Source: Eledone cirrhosa (lineage: Eukaryota). Taken from it: a DNA stretch of 64,000 bases. Positions 43,566-57,239 of the stretch are shown here, one piece after another. Where the stretch lies: contig OZ024742.1 of assembly GCA_964016885.1 (NCBI GenBank), positions 228,842,001 to 228,906,000 of the forward strand. Reading direction: 5' to 3'. The position numbers and the translations under genes were made by a program. Positions within the stretch are counted from its first letter, which is position 1, and each line of letters starts with the position of its first letter. The notes under the pieces were generated by a model. It saw only the letters and a list, made by a program, of their open reading frames with translations. It searched no databases and had not been told where the DNA came from.

Positions 43566-45228
43566 GTGAGCGACAGGATTTTCTCTCTCCCATCATGTAT
43601 TTGCTGTGCAATTTCGCTCGTGTTGGTGATGTGGGGCTGCATAGCCTTGATGTAGTTAGGCATGCTATCTATTGACATCCTACCAGACTTATCCGTGGGT
43701 AGACATACTACCTCACCATCCCTTGTGCGCTGCTTGAGGCTAACCGAGCCTTCTACAGGTTTCTTCCCAAGTTGTTGGGCCTCTGGTCTGCTCTGTCTCT
43801 TAGTATACCTGTCTACTATTTGTTTAATCTTATTTCTAGCTATGGTGAACTGTGCCTCTGTCTCGTCATCTATTTGTTGTGGTATGCAAACTCTTTTATT
43901 AAAGGGTAACCTCGTAGGATAGATATTACCCATCTTATATGTTTTGTCAGCTGGGCTGAAGAATAGTTTCTCTAAGGGGTTGTCATTATATCTATCGTCA
44001 TAGTTGTGTGTGTTGCTATTATTGTTATTATGGTGGTTGTTGTTGTTCCTATCATTAGCATTATTATTATTTTTATGATTGCTAGATGTATTGTTGCTGT
44101 GATTGTTGTTTTCTTCACTGTTATTGTTGTTGTTACTGTTATTTCTACCATTGTGGTTGTTACTTTTATTATGTTTCTTGTTTTTGTTGTGTCTATCATT
44201 AATGTTGCTACATGTATTATTTCTATTATTACCACTGTGGTTGTTGTTGCTGTTATTCGTATTGTTACCGTTATTACTACTGTGGTCGCTGCTGCTGTGT
44301 CTGTAGTTAATGTTTCTATTATTATTATTATTGTGGTTGTTGTTGTTGTTCTGTCTATCGTTAGTATTATTACCATTATTACTATTTCTCATTCTCCTGC
44401 TATTGCTATTGTTATGACTATTACTATTATAGCTGTTATTTCTATACTCAGAGTTATTGTTTATATTAATACTACCGTTATTATTGTTGTTGTTGTCCGT
44501 ATAGTTGTTGTTGTTGTTTACTTTTCCATTCCAACGTACTTTTGTGAAACACTTTTCCAGCTTCGTTTTGCACTCAATAGGGTTAATCTTTTTGTAGATG
44601 GCAAATTTTAGTGGTAGATGCAGGATTTGTTGTTCTTGTTCACTGATTAAAGTGTTCCCAGAAATATTTACTGTGTGGTCATTGGTAAATTCTTCCGGTA
44701 GTTCTACATCAGCCGTACGGATATTGTTGATGTTATCTGGGTATTTTTGAGAATATTCTAGTTTCCTTTCTTCTAGTTTTTTCTTATTCATCGATTCTAA
44801 TTTCTTATTGAAATGCCTATTGCATTCGTTTCGGGCGTATTTCGTTTCACGTCGGATGACGCTCATGAAGTCATCCCTTTCGTTTGGTGTGGTGAGATTT
44901 TGGACTTCCTTACCGTTAATGCGTTTCTGTCTGTAGAGTTCGTTGACTTTTGTGTATGTTGTTCTTTTCATATTAACTGTTATTGTGTGTTTTAGTCATT
45001 CCGCTTGTGTTTTGTTCAATAATAAATTATTTACTTGTTTTGATATGTTTGTTGTGTATATTTTGGAGGAAACACAGGGTTTTAAGAAGCGGATTTGTTC
45101 TGTTGTTATTGTAGTTTTTATATAACAGAAATATGACCCTCCCCAAGTATAACAATAGTTGTTTCGACACACGATTTCATATCAAAAACCAACCTCGCAA
45201 AACTAATATATATATATATATATATATA

Positions 45229-45438
45229 TTAGAAAGTGAGGTTTTTTTTACAAAATGAAAATTAACCGAGGTGTCCTATACGAGTGAAAGTATAAAGAAA
45301 AAAAGATGAAATCGAAAATGCAACTGGAGTCTTATTTAAAAAAATATATATATATTTATTTGGTTCCTTTACCGGCGTCGCAGTTCTTCTGCTTTTCAAA
45401 AGTAGAGTTGAGATGGAGGGTCTGTGGTTTTTCTCACA
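45229..45438 (-). mobile_element. Family D element (HHR GAAA mutated to GACG)
   Basis: Reverse complement of family D; shares the TA tract with the PLE 5' end. Confidence 0.8.
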
Positions 45439-45650
45439 TCTGGTTGGTCTTTGAATGTTACTTGTTTTATATGGAAAAAAGTGGCTCGAAACGCCAGGTT
45501 TTTAGAGAAGTAATTTGATTGGTTGGTCAATAATTATAATAAATTTCGCCCCAGTTCGCATTACACAGTTCGGAATTAGAGTATTCCGCAGTTCACAGTA
45601 ATAATAATATTAGCTCAAAGAAGAACAGAGAATTTTCAACTGAGCTCAAA

Positions 45651-46118
45651 TACAAATATATTACACAGAGAGAAGTGTGTTACACAGTGAGATGTGTGTA
45701 AAGAATTATTACATGTGAGTTTAACCGTTACTGTATGGAAAACAACCCATACAGGTTGGCAATTAAATAGAAAACTAAGTCAGAATCAAATCTCCGAAGT
45801 AGAGTTTTAAATTACCAACCTTATAACTATAAGCTTGCTGATAGGAATCTATTTCGTTTCGCCACTGAAATGTGTAGTGTAAAAGTCCACAGGGTCCTCA
45901 GTCAGCAAGTGTGAAACGAAATAGATTCGTATCAGCAAGCTTATAGTTATAAGGTTGGTAATTTAAAACTCTACTTCCGAGATTTGATTCTGACTTAGTT
46001 TTCTATTTAATTGCCAAACTGTAGGTGTTGTTTTCCATACAGTAACGGTTAAACTCACATGTAATAATTCTTTACACACGTCTCACTGTGTAACACACTT
46101 CTCTCTGTGTAATATATT

Positions 46119-46122
<4 letters not shown>
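45651..46122. repeat. ~210-bp inverted repeat arms with a ~50-bp spacer next to (TA)n
   Basis: 45651-45860 is the reverse complement of 45913-46122. Confidence 0.85.
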
Positions 46123-46196
<74 letters not shown>

Positions 46197-46281
46197 TATA
46201 TATATACATACATACATACATACATATATATATATAAATATGTATATATACATATATATATACACATATATATGTATATAT

Positions 46282-46778
<497 letters not shown>

Positions 46779-47729
46779 ATATATATATATATATATATAT
46801 CACAGAAAACCGCCTACCTGCATCATGTAGTCATGTCTAACTAAGGTCTTTTATTCTCCTAATCCCCAGGTCTGAACGCAGCCAATTTCTCTCAAGGAAA
46901 GCGGGAGAGAGAGAAAAGAAGGGAAGTAAGAAAATGACATAGAGAATGAATCAACTCCAACACTGGACTACTAACTTTTTTATCGGCATCGGAAAGATGA
47001 AAGGAATGTTGCCTTCTTTGGGGTTTGAACTCAGTACGTATCAAGGCATTCTAATGAATTTACCAATTGCTACGACGATATGTTACCATATGAAGAAACT
47101 ATCTCCTGAACTGGTAAAAATCGGCTTAGTTTACGTTAAGCTTCTGCTCCCTATTTTTATGACCACCACCGGTCATGACCTGCTACTTGGATCCTTCGAA
47201 CAGCCCTCGTTTCCTCATGTTTTAGAGCACATACCTTAGCTTTTACAATGCAACTTTTGTGTTTCGCATTGAAAAATGGTCTAGTGTCATTTTCGCAGCT
47301 AGTAACCTTACAGCAAATCGCCTCTTCTAGTTTAGCTACTAGCTCTCCTTCTTTTCCAATTGTTTCTATTCCTACTTCTCTATTAAAATCTATTTTATTT
47401 TACTCAAATCCAGGCATGGACAAGCTTTTTTAAAGAAGCGGGACTAATCATGTGGCAGGCTGCAAGCGCTAATTTACATTCGCGCCCACATTAAAAAAGG
47501 GTGGTAACTCAGGTTGTTTTGATTTGTTTCTTCAGAATTCGTACACGTTGTTTTCTTCGATCGTAAAAATGATAGAAAGATAAATTATGACTGAAAAGTT
47601 GGGGTAAAAAAACCCAGAAAGATTTCATTTAGGTGACTTAAGTCATTTAGAAATCTTCGCGGGCCTCATGATGCCGCGGGTCGCGGGTTGCTCACGACTG
47701 CTCTAACCATTTGTGGTCTCAATGGGCGA

Positions 47730-49170
47730 CCGTTGGTAACCGTGGACACACTATATCATCTCTATTTGCTAATCTAATGAAAAACCTATCCAAATACGGC
47801 CATGTTAAATGACTGCTTAGTGTCGGGTGAAGTACCGCAGTGGTTGACAAAAGGTATCACAGTCCTAGTAATGAAAGACCAAACCAAGAGAAATGACGTT
47901 ACGAACTATAGGTCTATCACATGCCTGTACTTGATGTAGAAATTATTAACAAACATTATTTTGCCTGAGGAAATCTACCAACACCTCGATATAAAAAAAG
48001 CTTACTTCCAGAGGATCAGAAAGGATGCCGAAAAAAGTCCTATGGTACAAAAGACCCGAGCTGTGTCTATTATTCTTAAATGGAATGTAAAGGAGCAAGA
48101 AGAGCTGGATAGAAAAACGAAGAAATTAATGACAGAATGTTTCATAAGAAGGGTGATGCTGATTGACTCTACTGGAGAAGATCTGATGTTGGAAGAGGTC
48201 TAGTCAGCGTGAAGGACTGTGTTCAGATTGAGAAGAGCTGTTTACATAAGTATTTGTCTGAAAGTAACGAGCCAATGCTTAAGGCTGTATTGAAGGAATA
48301 GACAAGAGACCAGGGGATTCCCCAAAAAGAAGTAACAAAAAAGAACAACAACCTGAATGAAAAAATCCCCTTATAGCATCTTTTTCAGGAAAACAGAATC
48401 CAGAGATCCGGGACTGGTTAAAGATAGGGGACCTTAAGAAAGTTACACAGGGAATGCTACTGGCTGCACAGGAACATGCCCTTAGAATGAAATGGAGGAA
48501 ACATCATATTGACAAGGATGAGGCTAGCCCGCCCTGTAGGATCTGTGGAGAGATAGAGAGAGGGTGAGAGAGAGTGAGAGAAGGGGAGAGAGAGAGTTAT
48601 GGTTGTGGCTCATATCGTATCCGAGTGTAAACACCTAGCCCAGACTCATTATAAAGGATAGAGGCATGATATCATAGGGAAAGTAATCCACAGGCATTTA
48701 TGCAAACGGAATAATTTACCTTATTCTGGGAATATGAGCCAGAGTCGGCAATAGAAAACGATCGGGTGAAGGTGCTGTGCGATTTTAGGATACAAACAGA
48801 CAAAGAGTGAGAACACAATAAGCCTGAGCAGGTGTTTTTTGACAACGATCAAAGATCTTACTTGATTATAGATATAGCTTACCTATTTGACACAATGGCG
48901 GAAGAAATGAAACGGAGAAAATTAACCGGTACCATGACCTAAACTGGGAACTGAAAAGGATTTGGGATTGTCATGAGATTAAGGTCATCTTCATCGTCAT
49001 AGTAGCACAAGGTATTGTCTCGAAGAGTTTCCACGGCTGGTTAAAGAGCATTAGCACAGCCCTCATTTTTGGAACACTTCAAAAGGCATGCCTCTTGGGA
49101 ACAGCAAATACCTTCCGATACGTCCTGAATATCTGAGGCTGCAGGTAGCGGCTTGATGTTTATTAGGAAA
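47730..49170 (+). pseudogene. Decayed R4/Dong-like non-LTR retrotransposon (partial RT, CCHC knuckle, restriction-like endonuclease)
   Basis: PQWLTKGITVLVMKD...NYRSITCL; GMLLAAQEHALR..CRICG..HIVSEC..RHD; DFRIQTD..HNKP..IIDIA..EK..RY.DL, with many stops. Confidence 0.8.
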
Positions 49171-49199
49171 AATTTTCCGGTTAAATAACATCAACTAAA

Positions 49200-49920
49200 T
49201 TGCAAAGCTAACTTCGGTGGGATTTGAATTCAGAACATAAAGGGACGTAACTCTACGCCATGAAACATAGTGTCCGGCACTTTACTGATACTGCCAATCC
49301 TCTGAACTAATAATAATAATGGTTTTTTTGATTTAGGCATAAGGCCAACAACTTTTGTGGATGGGAAGTTATTATCGACCCCGTATGGATGAAAGGCATA
49401 ACTAGCATCGGCAAGATTTGAACTTAGAACGTAAAGGACCATAACTATATGCCGCAAAGCTTATTGTCCGATGCCCCACCGATTCTACTAATCCACCGGC
49501 CTAACAATGATGATAATTGTTTCTACTTTTGGCACAAGGCCAGCAATATGCCAGTGCATTACTGGTACATTATTTTATCGACCCCGTAAGGATGAAAGGC
49601 AAAGTTAACCTTGGCGGGATTTGAACTCAGAATGGCAAGGGCCGTAACTCTATGCGTCAAAGCATGGTGTCCAACCCTCTACCGATACTGCCAATCCACC
49701 GCCCTTAATAATGATGATAATGGTTTCTGATTTCGTCCCAAAGCCAACAATTGTGGCGGAGGGGAAAGTCGATTAAATCGGCCCCAGTGCGTTACTAGTA
49801 CTTTATTTTAATCGACCCGGGAAGGGTGAAAGGCAAAGCTAACATTGGCAAGGTTTGAACTTAGAACGTAAAGGGTTGTAACTAAATATTGCAAAGCATG
49901 TTGTCCGACGCTCTACTAAC
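49200..49920 (-). mobile_element. Cluster of four tRNA-SINE copies of different ages
   Basis: Repeated GGATTTGAAC B-box complements at ~49222, 49415, 49618 and 49853. Confidence 0.8.
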
Positions 49921-50469
49921 CCAACCAGACTGCACGTGTCAATATCATGCTGTTTTACTAAGCAGACATTAGTTGCATAAACTGATTGTCTAAATACACT
50001 ACTGAAGATTATGTGCGAGTTTCATAAATGAAGACAGCTATCAGTTAGTTTATTAAAAGAAATATACGAGAAAAGGAAAATCTACAGGCTACTTCATTCT
50101 CGAAAGTTGTCTTAATAAGCAGCACTCGAATTGGAACCAGACTAAAATACATCACAACGTTTTATGTAACAAATGAAAATAACAGATGACAGAAGAGGAA
50201 TTTTTATTAGCTTTGAATTCTATTAACAACTGTTATTATTGTTGTTTTGATGTTGGGATTCAACGTCAAACTTATTGAATTCAGTCTCGTAGACAAAAAC
50301 CGTCACCAAAGATTCAAAGTAAAGAATTAATGCATTTCTAGTGTTTCTTACCGTTCATCATTTACAACATAATTTGGTTTTAGTGCATTATAATTATTTT
50401 TAGATCAATGTTTTTTTTTATATCTTTCAATAATTCAATATATGTATTTAAAATCTTATGTCTGGAAGT

Positions 50470-51130
50470 ATAGAGGTTAGTATTGAGTGGACTCCCGTCG
50501 GTTTCGACGATGAGTGTTCCACTTGTTCCATCAACGATACACCTTGGTTGTGAAACTAGCGTGCAAGTGGCTGAGTATTCACAGCACGTGTACCCTCAAC
50601 ATAATTCTCAGAGAGGTTGAGTGTGACACAGGGTGTAACAAAGCTGGACATATGAATTACAGGTACAGCCTGTCTTTTGTAATAGTTGTTGCTACTTTTG
50701 GAACAAATGCAAGCAACTATCCTAGTACATTACTGGTACTTTATTTTATCAACCCCGTAACGATGAAAGGTAAAGTTAACCACGGCGATATTTGAACTCA
50801 GACCGCAAAGGGCCGTAATTCTATGCTGCAAAGCATGACGTCCGACCCTCTACAGATATTAATGTAAGTGGTTAAGTGTTCGACAGAAACCTGAATCATT
50901 AGCGTAATTCAAAGATTCTGCGGGGCAGTGTGTGACAAGGATAGAGCTACGAATTCCATGTACTGCCTGTTTTATTTTATATTGTAAGTGGCTGAGTATT
51001 CCTCAGAAACATGTAGCTTTAAAGTAATTCTCAGAGAGATTCAGTATGACAAGGCTGAACTTTTGAATAACAGGTACAGTAATATGGTATATGGATAAGT
51101 ATTCTACAAGCACATGTACCATTAACAGAA
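50470..51130 (+). repeat. Second interspersed repeat family in 3-4 degenerate tandem copies (AAGTGGCTGAGTATTC...GTGACAAGGCT...TACAGGTAC), with a tRNA-SINE (50680-50858, -) inserted
   Basis: Unit starts at ~50562, 50863, 50983 and 51092; another copy at ~57700-57830. Confidence 0.6.
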
Positions 51131-51712
51131 TTCTGAAACTGAACGGGACACATACGCCCACACCAATACATACACAAACACAAAAAACTATTAAATTCAC
51201 TTTTCGGCTATGTGATTAATTTAGTTTCAAGAAACGGTCATTAAGGTCAATTCACATGCTAGACAAGTACAACTCCAATAATTGTATATAAGCATTTAAT
51301 ACTTTATGTATATATACCTTTCTGGCAATATATTTTCTACTCAAACAACTGGAACGGGGAGACTGAGAAGAACTAAATTAATGCAATCTAATATATATGC
51401 TAGGATATACTCGCCAAATACACAAGGTATAATGGATATCAATATTATAATAAACATTAATATTTACCAGGAATGGTCCTGTATTTCGATTATAAATTCG
51501 ATTATAAATTCTCGTCGGCGAAGGAAGAGGTTTGTATGTATAGCAACTTTTATATATGAATTTGGGCTATTTCATGTTTAGTAGTGAGGTGGAAATACTG
51601 TTATTATACCAACATACATATATAGTTACTCGCATACACACGCACAAACAGACAGATACGCACACGCACGCACACACTACTACTACTACTATTACTACTA
51701 CTACTACTACTA

Positions 51713-51749
<37 letters not shown>

Positions 51750-51787
51750 ACACACACGCATAAACACACACATTATATCCTTAGCGT

Positions 51788-51974
51788 TGGATTGGCAGTA
51801 TCGGTAGAGGGCCGGACGCCATGCTTTTGACGCATAGAGTTACGGCCCTTGCCATTCTGAGTTCAAATCCCGTCGAGGTTAACTTTGCCTTTCATCCTAA
51901 CGGGGGTCGATAAAATAAAGTACCAGTAATACACTGGGAAATTGCTGGCCTTGTGCCCATTGTAGAAACAATTA
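51788..51974 (+). mobile_element. tRNA-SINE
   Basis: Consensus match. Confidence 0.85.
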
Positions 51975-52628
51975 TATCCCTAGCGTAGAATCTCAACGAA
52001 AAGAGAAAGTACTGGAGTCGATATGGTTGACTAAATCCCTTTTAAGATGGTACCACAGCATGGCCACAATTTAATGACAGAAACAATTTTTATGTCTAAG
52101 TTATATTTACTTACCAACGTTTGGAAGTTATATCTCTTGATTATATATAATATATTATCCAACTTATCCATATATTATTTGATAAAATATGATATACTAA
52201 CATGTGATAAACCAACAAAAGGAATCATATATTTCTTGTTTCCTTTTATAAAAATAAAGTATTCGATATCTTCCAGATAATAAATATATGACATGAACTT
52301 TTCACTGTAATAAGGATTATTGATATAAGAATATCTAAAACCTAAAACATAAAACAGCATAAGAAATCCCAGTATAAACGAATCTGATGTAATGACATCT
52401 GATGTAACAAACAAAGCAGACATTTGTATACACAAATGGAAACGAAAGTATGTAAGTATGTAATCAATTGAACAGACTTACGGGGAAGTAGAGTGGTTCA
52501 AATTTATAATTATCCATCAGTAGTTAGAAATAGGTTGTCGTTTGGTTTTTTGCTTGCTTTTTTAACTTTGCATTTTATATACAGCAAAGTAGTACAGCAA
52601 AGTTTTCTATGTAATCAATAATATGTAA

Positions 52629-52682
<54 letters not shown>

Positions 52683-52843
52683 TATATATATATATATAAG
52701 TTATTCCGGGTTGAATCGGAGGTAACCACAGTAAGTAAGGTACTCAATACATAGCAGAGTATAAAAGTTTTAATATAGAAGAGCTTCTATAGGAATAGAA
52801 CTGTTTCATTCGTGAGAAATCATCAGATATATATATATATACG

Positions 52844-52883
<40 letters not shown>

Positions 52884-52888
<5 letters not shown>

Positions 52889-52992
52889 AGAATGAAAGGA
52901 AATTTCATTTCTCACTCTTAGTACGGCACTTACTTAAATGTAAGTATGTATGTATACGTACATACATATATGTATACAGACGTACAGTAGCA

Positions 52993-53062
<70 letters not shown>

Positions 53063-53629
53063 CAGGCACACATATATATATGCACGTATCAGTTTACCGA
53101 ACATTTATTATAATGTTCGCTTTGTTCGTTTGTAAACAAACGAACAGCCTGATTTACGCCGTACAGTGTTCAGGCAACCACGTCACCTTTTTGTTCAACA
53201 CTGACACAGGAACGATGTACTAGTTTCAAGCTTGTTAGCTATCGTCAGCACCGTATACCTTTCTGCCAGATGGTTGAACGTCCGAAAGTATATACTTTCC
53301 TTATGAAAATTAACGGCTGAGCAGCCTAATTTGCATATCGAGTGAGTTCAGTCGACCAGACGCACCGAAAACGATAAATGGAATAGAATGAAACGAAATT
53401 TCATTTCTCACTCTTATACGGCACTTACTTAGTACGGCACTTACGATAGCTAACAAGCTTGAAACTAGTACATCGTTCCTGTGTCAGTGTTGAACAAAAA
53501 GGTGATGTGGTTGCCTTAACACTGTACGGCGTAAATCAGGCTGTTCTTTTATTTACAAACGAACAAAGCGAACATTATAATAAATGTTCGGTAAACTGAT
53601 GCGTGCATATATATATGTGTGCCTGTATG

Positions 53630-53679
<50 letters not shown>

Positions 53680-53730
53680 TGCTACTGTACGTCTGTATAC
53701 ATATATGTATGTACGTATACATACATACTT
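52884..53730. mobile_element. Family H HHR element: ~1.1 tandem units of ~500 bp (sense -) joined head-to-head to an inverted partial copy
   Basis: GAATAGAATGAAA.GAAATTTCATTTCTCACTCTTA is directly repeated at 52885 and 53381. 53443-53730 is the reverse complement of ~52942-53245. Confidence 0.8.
53213..53253 (-). ncRNA. Canonical minimal type I hammerhead ribozyme
   Basis: cggtg-CTGACGA-t-agct(aaca)agct-t-GAAA-CTAG-TA-catcg, with a 5-bp stem I, palindromic ACUAGU stem III and GUA triplet. Confidence 0.88.
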
Positions 53731-54602
53731 ATATATATATACATATATATATAATATCATATGTATATACATATATATATATATATATCATATATATATA
53801 TATCATATATATATATCATATATATATATATCATATATATATCATATATATATATATCATATGTATACTGCTTCCCCGTTCTCTCTGTTGCTCTCACTTT
53901 CTTTCGCTCCCTCTCTTAGTTACACTTTCTCTCGACTGAACTCTTCCTCGCACTTCCACTCACTCACTCTCTGTTTCTCCCCTTCTCACTTCGTCCCGTT
54001 TGGCTAGTAGTGGGTTCTCTTCTTGCTCACATCTCACTCACATCGGACGGTCTGTATCTTGATCGCTCATGAAATCCACCCGGCTAATGCTGACCGGATA
54101 ACCATGTTGCTTGTTTATTCCCATCTTTGCGTTGCTTCCATCCTTCTATGTTGTTTACTTGTCTCACTCGCTTTACGCGATTTACTTGTCCCAATAGCTT
54201 TTTTTAGTTATTGCTCGCACCAACCTGAGGTATATGATTTTTAATGCGATGAAATATCAATGATGGTTGGCAAATCACTGACGAAGGAGTATTTTTATCA
54301 TATGTAATCCATGTGCAACCACGCAGTATTCTTCTTTCTTCTCATGTTTTATATATATATATATATGACAAGTAAGTATGTTTATGAAACAGTGAGCAGG
54401 TTTGAAATTAGAAATAAAATAGCTTTCACCGTACTTTTTGACTAAAGAAATTTTAGTCTGATAATGGGGTTTAGAACCCTCAGATAAATGGAAAAAGATG
54501 AGTATTGATCTACATCAATACATCTTATTAATATATTGTATATATATATATATTATTAATATATTGTATATATATATATGTATATATATATATTTATATA
54601 TG

Positions 54603-54638
<36 letters not shown>

Positions 54639-54892
54639 AACAAAGATTCAGCGAGAATCGCATTTTCGGCGGGCAGGAAAAGCGAAGCGAAAGGCAAAAC
54701 TCAGAAATGATACTGGCAAAGTGCTCAATAGTTAAAAACCAGAGCTAAACAATGTGTTAAGAAGCTATACAAAACTGGAAAGGTGGTCAAGAAGGCATTA
54801 ACCACTTAAGCCTAAAACCAAATCAAGCTAAACAGGTCAAAACAAAATAAATGATAAAAAATAACCATATATATATATATATATATATATAT

Positions 54893-55200
54893 ATCAATGA
54901 TATTAATAAATGGAAACTATATTTATAAAACCATATTTATTCTATTATATATATTTCAAGGGTAGCAAAACTTTGGTACGCCCTCATCAGATAAAATAGA
55001 AAGTTTGTTTTATAAATATTGACATATCCAGGAATGAGACATTAACGGTTCAAGTTTTACCTGGCTAGTACCAAAGTTTTGGTACCCTTGAAATATATAT
55101 AATAGAATAAATATGGTTTTATAAATATAATTTCTATTTATTAATATCATTGATATTATGCTCCAGAAAAATCTGTCGAGTGCTTCGAATCAATTATAAA
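54893..55200. mobile_element. Non-autonomous head-to-head pair related to the Hydra-type PLE pLTR; HHR at ~54945-54996 (-)
   Basis: GATATTAATAAATGGAAACTATATTTATAAAACCATATTTATT matches 58392 and 62468. Motif CTGATGA-gggcgtacc...ccctt-GAAA-tata-TA; tail carries TCGAGTGCTT at 55176. Confidence 0.8.
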
Positions 55201-55241
55201 TATATATTTGTTCAATTACCAACAAATTAAATATCCCTTTG

Positions 55242-55287
<46 letters not shown>

Positions 55288-55290
<3 letters not shown>

Positions 55291-55497
55291 CGAAGGAAAT
55301 GTGGTAAGGAACCAGGTGGACCATAACGCACCAAAGTACTCAATACTTGGGGTAGTAGAGTGGGTAATAGGAACCAGTAAGACCCCGACGGCTGAGCTCA
55401 AGCCGTTTCGACGGCTAATTCAGGACTCAATTAGCTGTCGTCCTGAATTAGCCGTCGAAACGGCTTGAGCTCAGCCGTCGGGGTCTTACTGGTTCCT
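55288..55497. mobile_element. Family C palindromic insert
   Basis: Arms inverted about ~55432; flanked by (TA)n. Confidence 0.75.
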
Positions 55498-55504
55498 ATA
55501 TATA

Positions 55505-55603
<99 letters not shown>

Positions 55604-56872
55604 AGAAAGAATCGCTGGACATATTTTATGGCCAAAACCCGAGCAAGATGGTAGGGTAATATCCATGAGCTTGGCTGGTCTCATTTGGGGATCCAGCCGC
55701 ACCAGTTGGAAACGGTTGCTTCTGACAGGATCCACGAGAAGAAATGTTTGATAACTCTGGCCTCACGACAGTCTCATGAATAAGTGGGCGAAGAGTAACT
55801 GAACAGAAATAGCAGTGATATATTTATACGATCAGGGCAGATACAATTCTCACTATAGGCTTTCTTGCAGTTTCCGTCTACATGATTTCATCACTTGACC
55901 CGAGTCTATAATATCGGCCAACATAAAGAGAAAAAAAAAATGGTGATATGTCGTTTTGAAGCCAACTTTTGTGGGGTGTCCATATCTATAACTAGTATGC
56001 AAACTGTTGTAAACAAGATTCTACATTTGTCTGCATCGTCACGATATAAATCCTGTTAGCTTCTACAGAATTTGCAAATAATAAATAGATGATTATGAGA
56101 AGATTGGTGATGCATTTAGATAGTAATAACAAATTGTAACATTATCTAAAATTCTAACTAAGGTAATATTTATGATAAGCAGAAACAGTTTAAATAAATT
56201 GCTATGGAATGCGGATAAGAATCAGGCGTTTCGTGATTGATCCTTCATGTTAGAGAAACTGTTATTTCAAAATTTGAAACTTTCTTTGATCCCGAAATAA
56301 CAGAAACTTTTAATCTCTCTTTCACACACACACACACATGCACGCGCACGCACACGCACACACACACACACAGATATATAAATATCAAAGAACTAACCTC
56401 TCTATCACATCGCATATATAAGCTGCAATGGAAAACATTATTTTTTCGGCCTCATAGGTTCTGTAACACAACAGAATATCTAATCAAATATTATTCGTAG
56501 ATTAAATTGTCTAGCAATATTTTTTCTTTGAGAGTTGGAAGCCTACTGTGAAGTTTTATGGCATGACTTTTATAATATCATCAACTATTAATAACATATA
56601 AAATATATAATAACAAGAAAGAGTTATCTATTTTCAGTACACTCTTTTCATTTCAGATAGGAAATTACTATCGCCATTAGATATCCTTCTTCTGTTCTAC
56701 CAGTGAATATATTCTGTAAGATATTAAACGGATTACTGGAGAGAGACACGTAATATTATATTACACCCATGAGCATGAACTTCTTCTTTTGGAGTCGTAA
56801 GGGCGCCGTGATGGGCTTTGAAAAACCTGACGGTGCCCATCCCACCCCAGATATGATTATAGCCGATTTCTT

Positions 56873-56920
<48 letters not shown>

Positions 56921-56964
56921 GGAGGGAAGCGAGAGAGAGAGAGAGAGAAAGAAAGGATGTGGGT

Positions 56965-57013
<49 letters not shown>

Positions 57014-57126
57014 CGAGAGAGGAAGAATTGTGCCCCCTTTCTAGATAATATATTATCAGAGGCTGCGAAACATTGATATATGAATAAACAATATTTATAT
57101 ATCTACTCTATTTGTTTTTCTGCTGT

Positions 57127-57238
<112 letters not shown>

Positions 57239-57239
57239 A

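Larger units (their letters stand above)
41157..45206 (-). mobile_element. Near-full-length Penelope-like retroelement (Neptune/Nematis-like) with an inverted 5' pLTR fragment (45122-45206), within (TA)n
   Basis: ORFs 43562-44971 and 42174-43565 (PTDKSGR, RKDHK, MDVVSLYPSI, GAAIGVSIAG, YSRYVDD, LPVLD), followed by a broken GIY-YIG to ~41660. ATGACCCTCCCCAAGTATAACAAT is present in opposite orientations at the two ends. Confidence 0.93.

Noticed and set aside
52115-52341. Candidate minus-strand exon (TTTTAG acceptor, GTAAGT donor)
   Set aside because: Stops occur in all three frames and there is no other support. It could at most be a non-coding exon.
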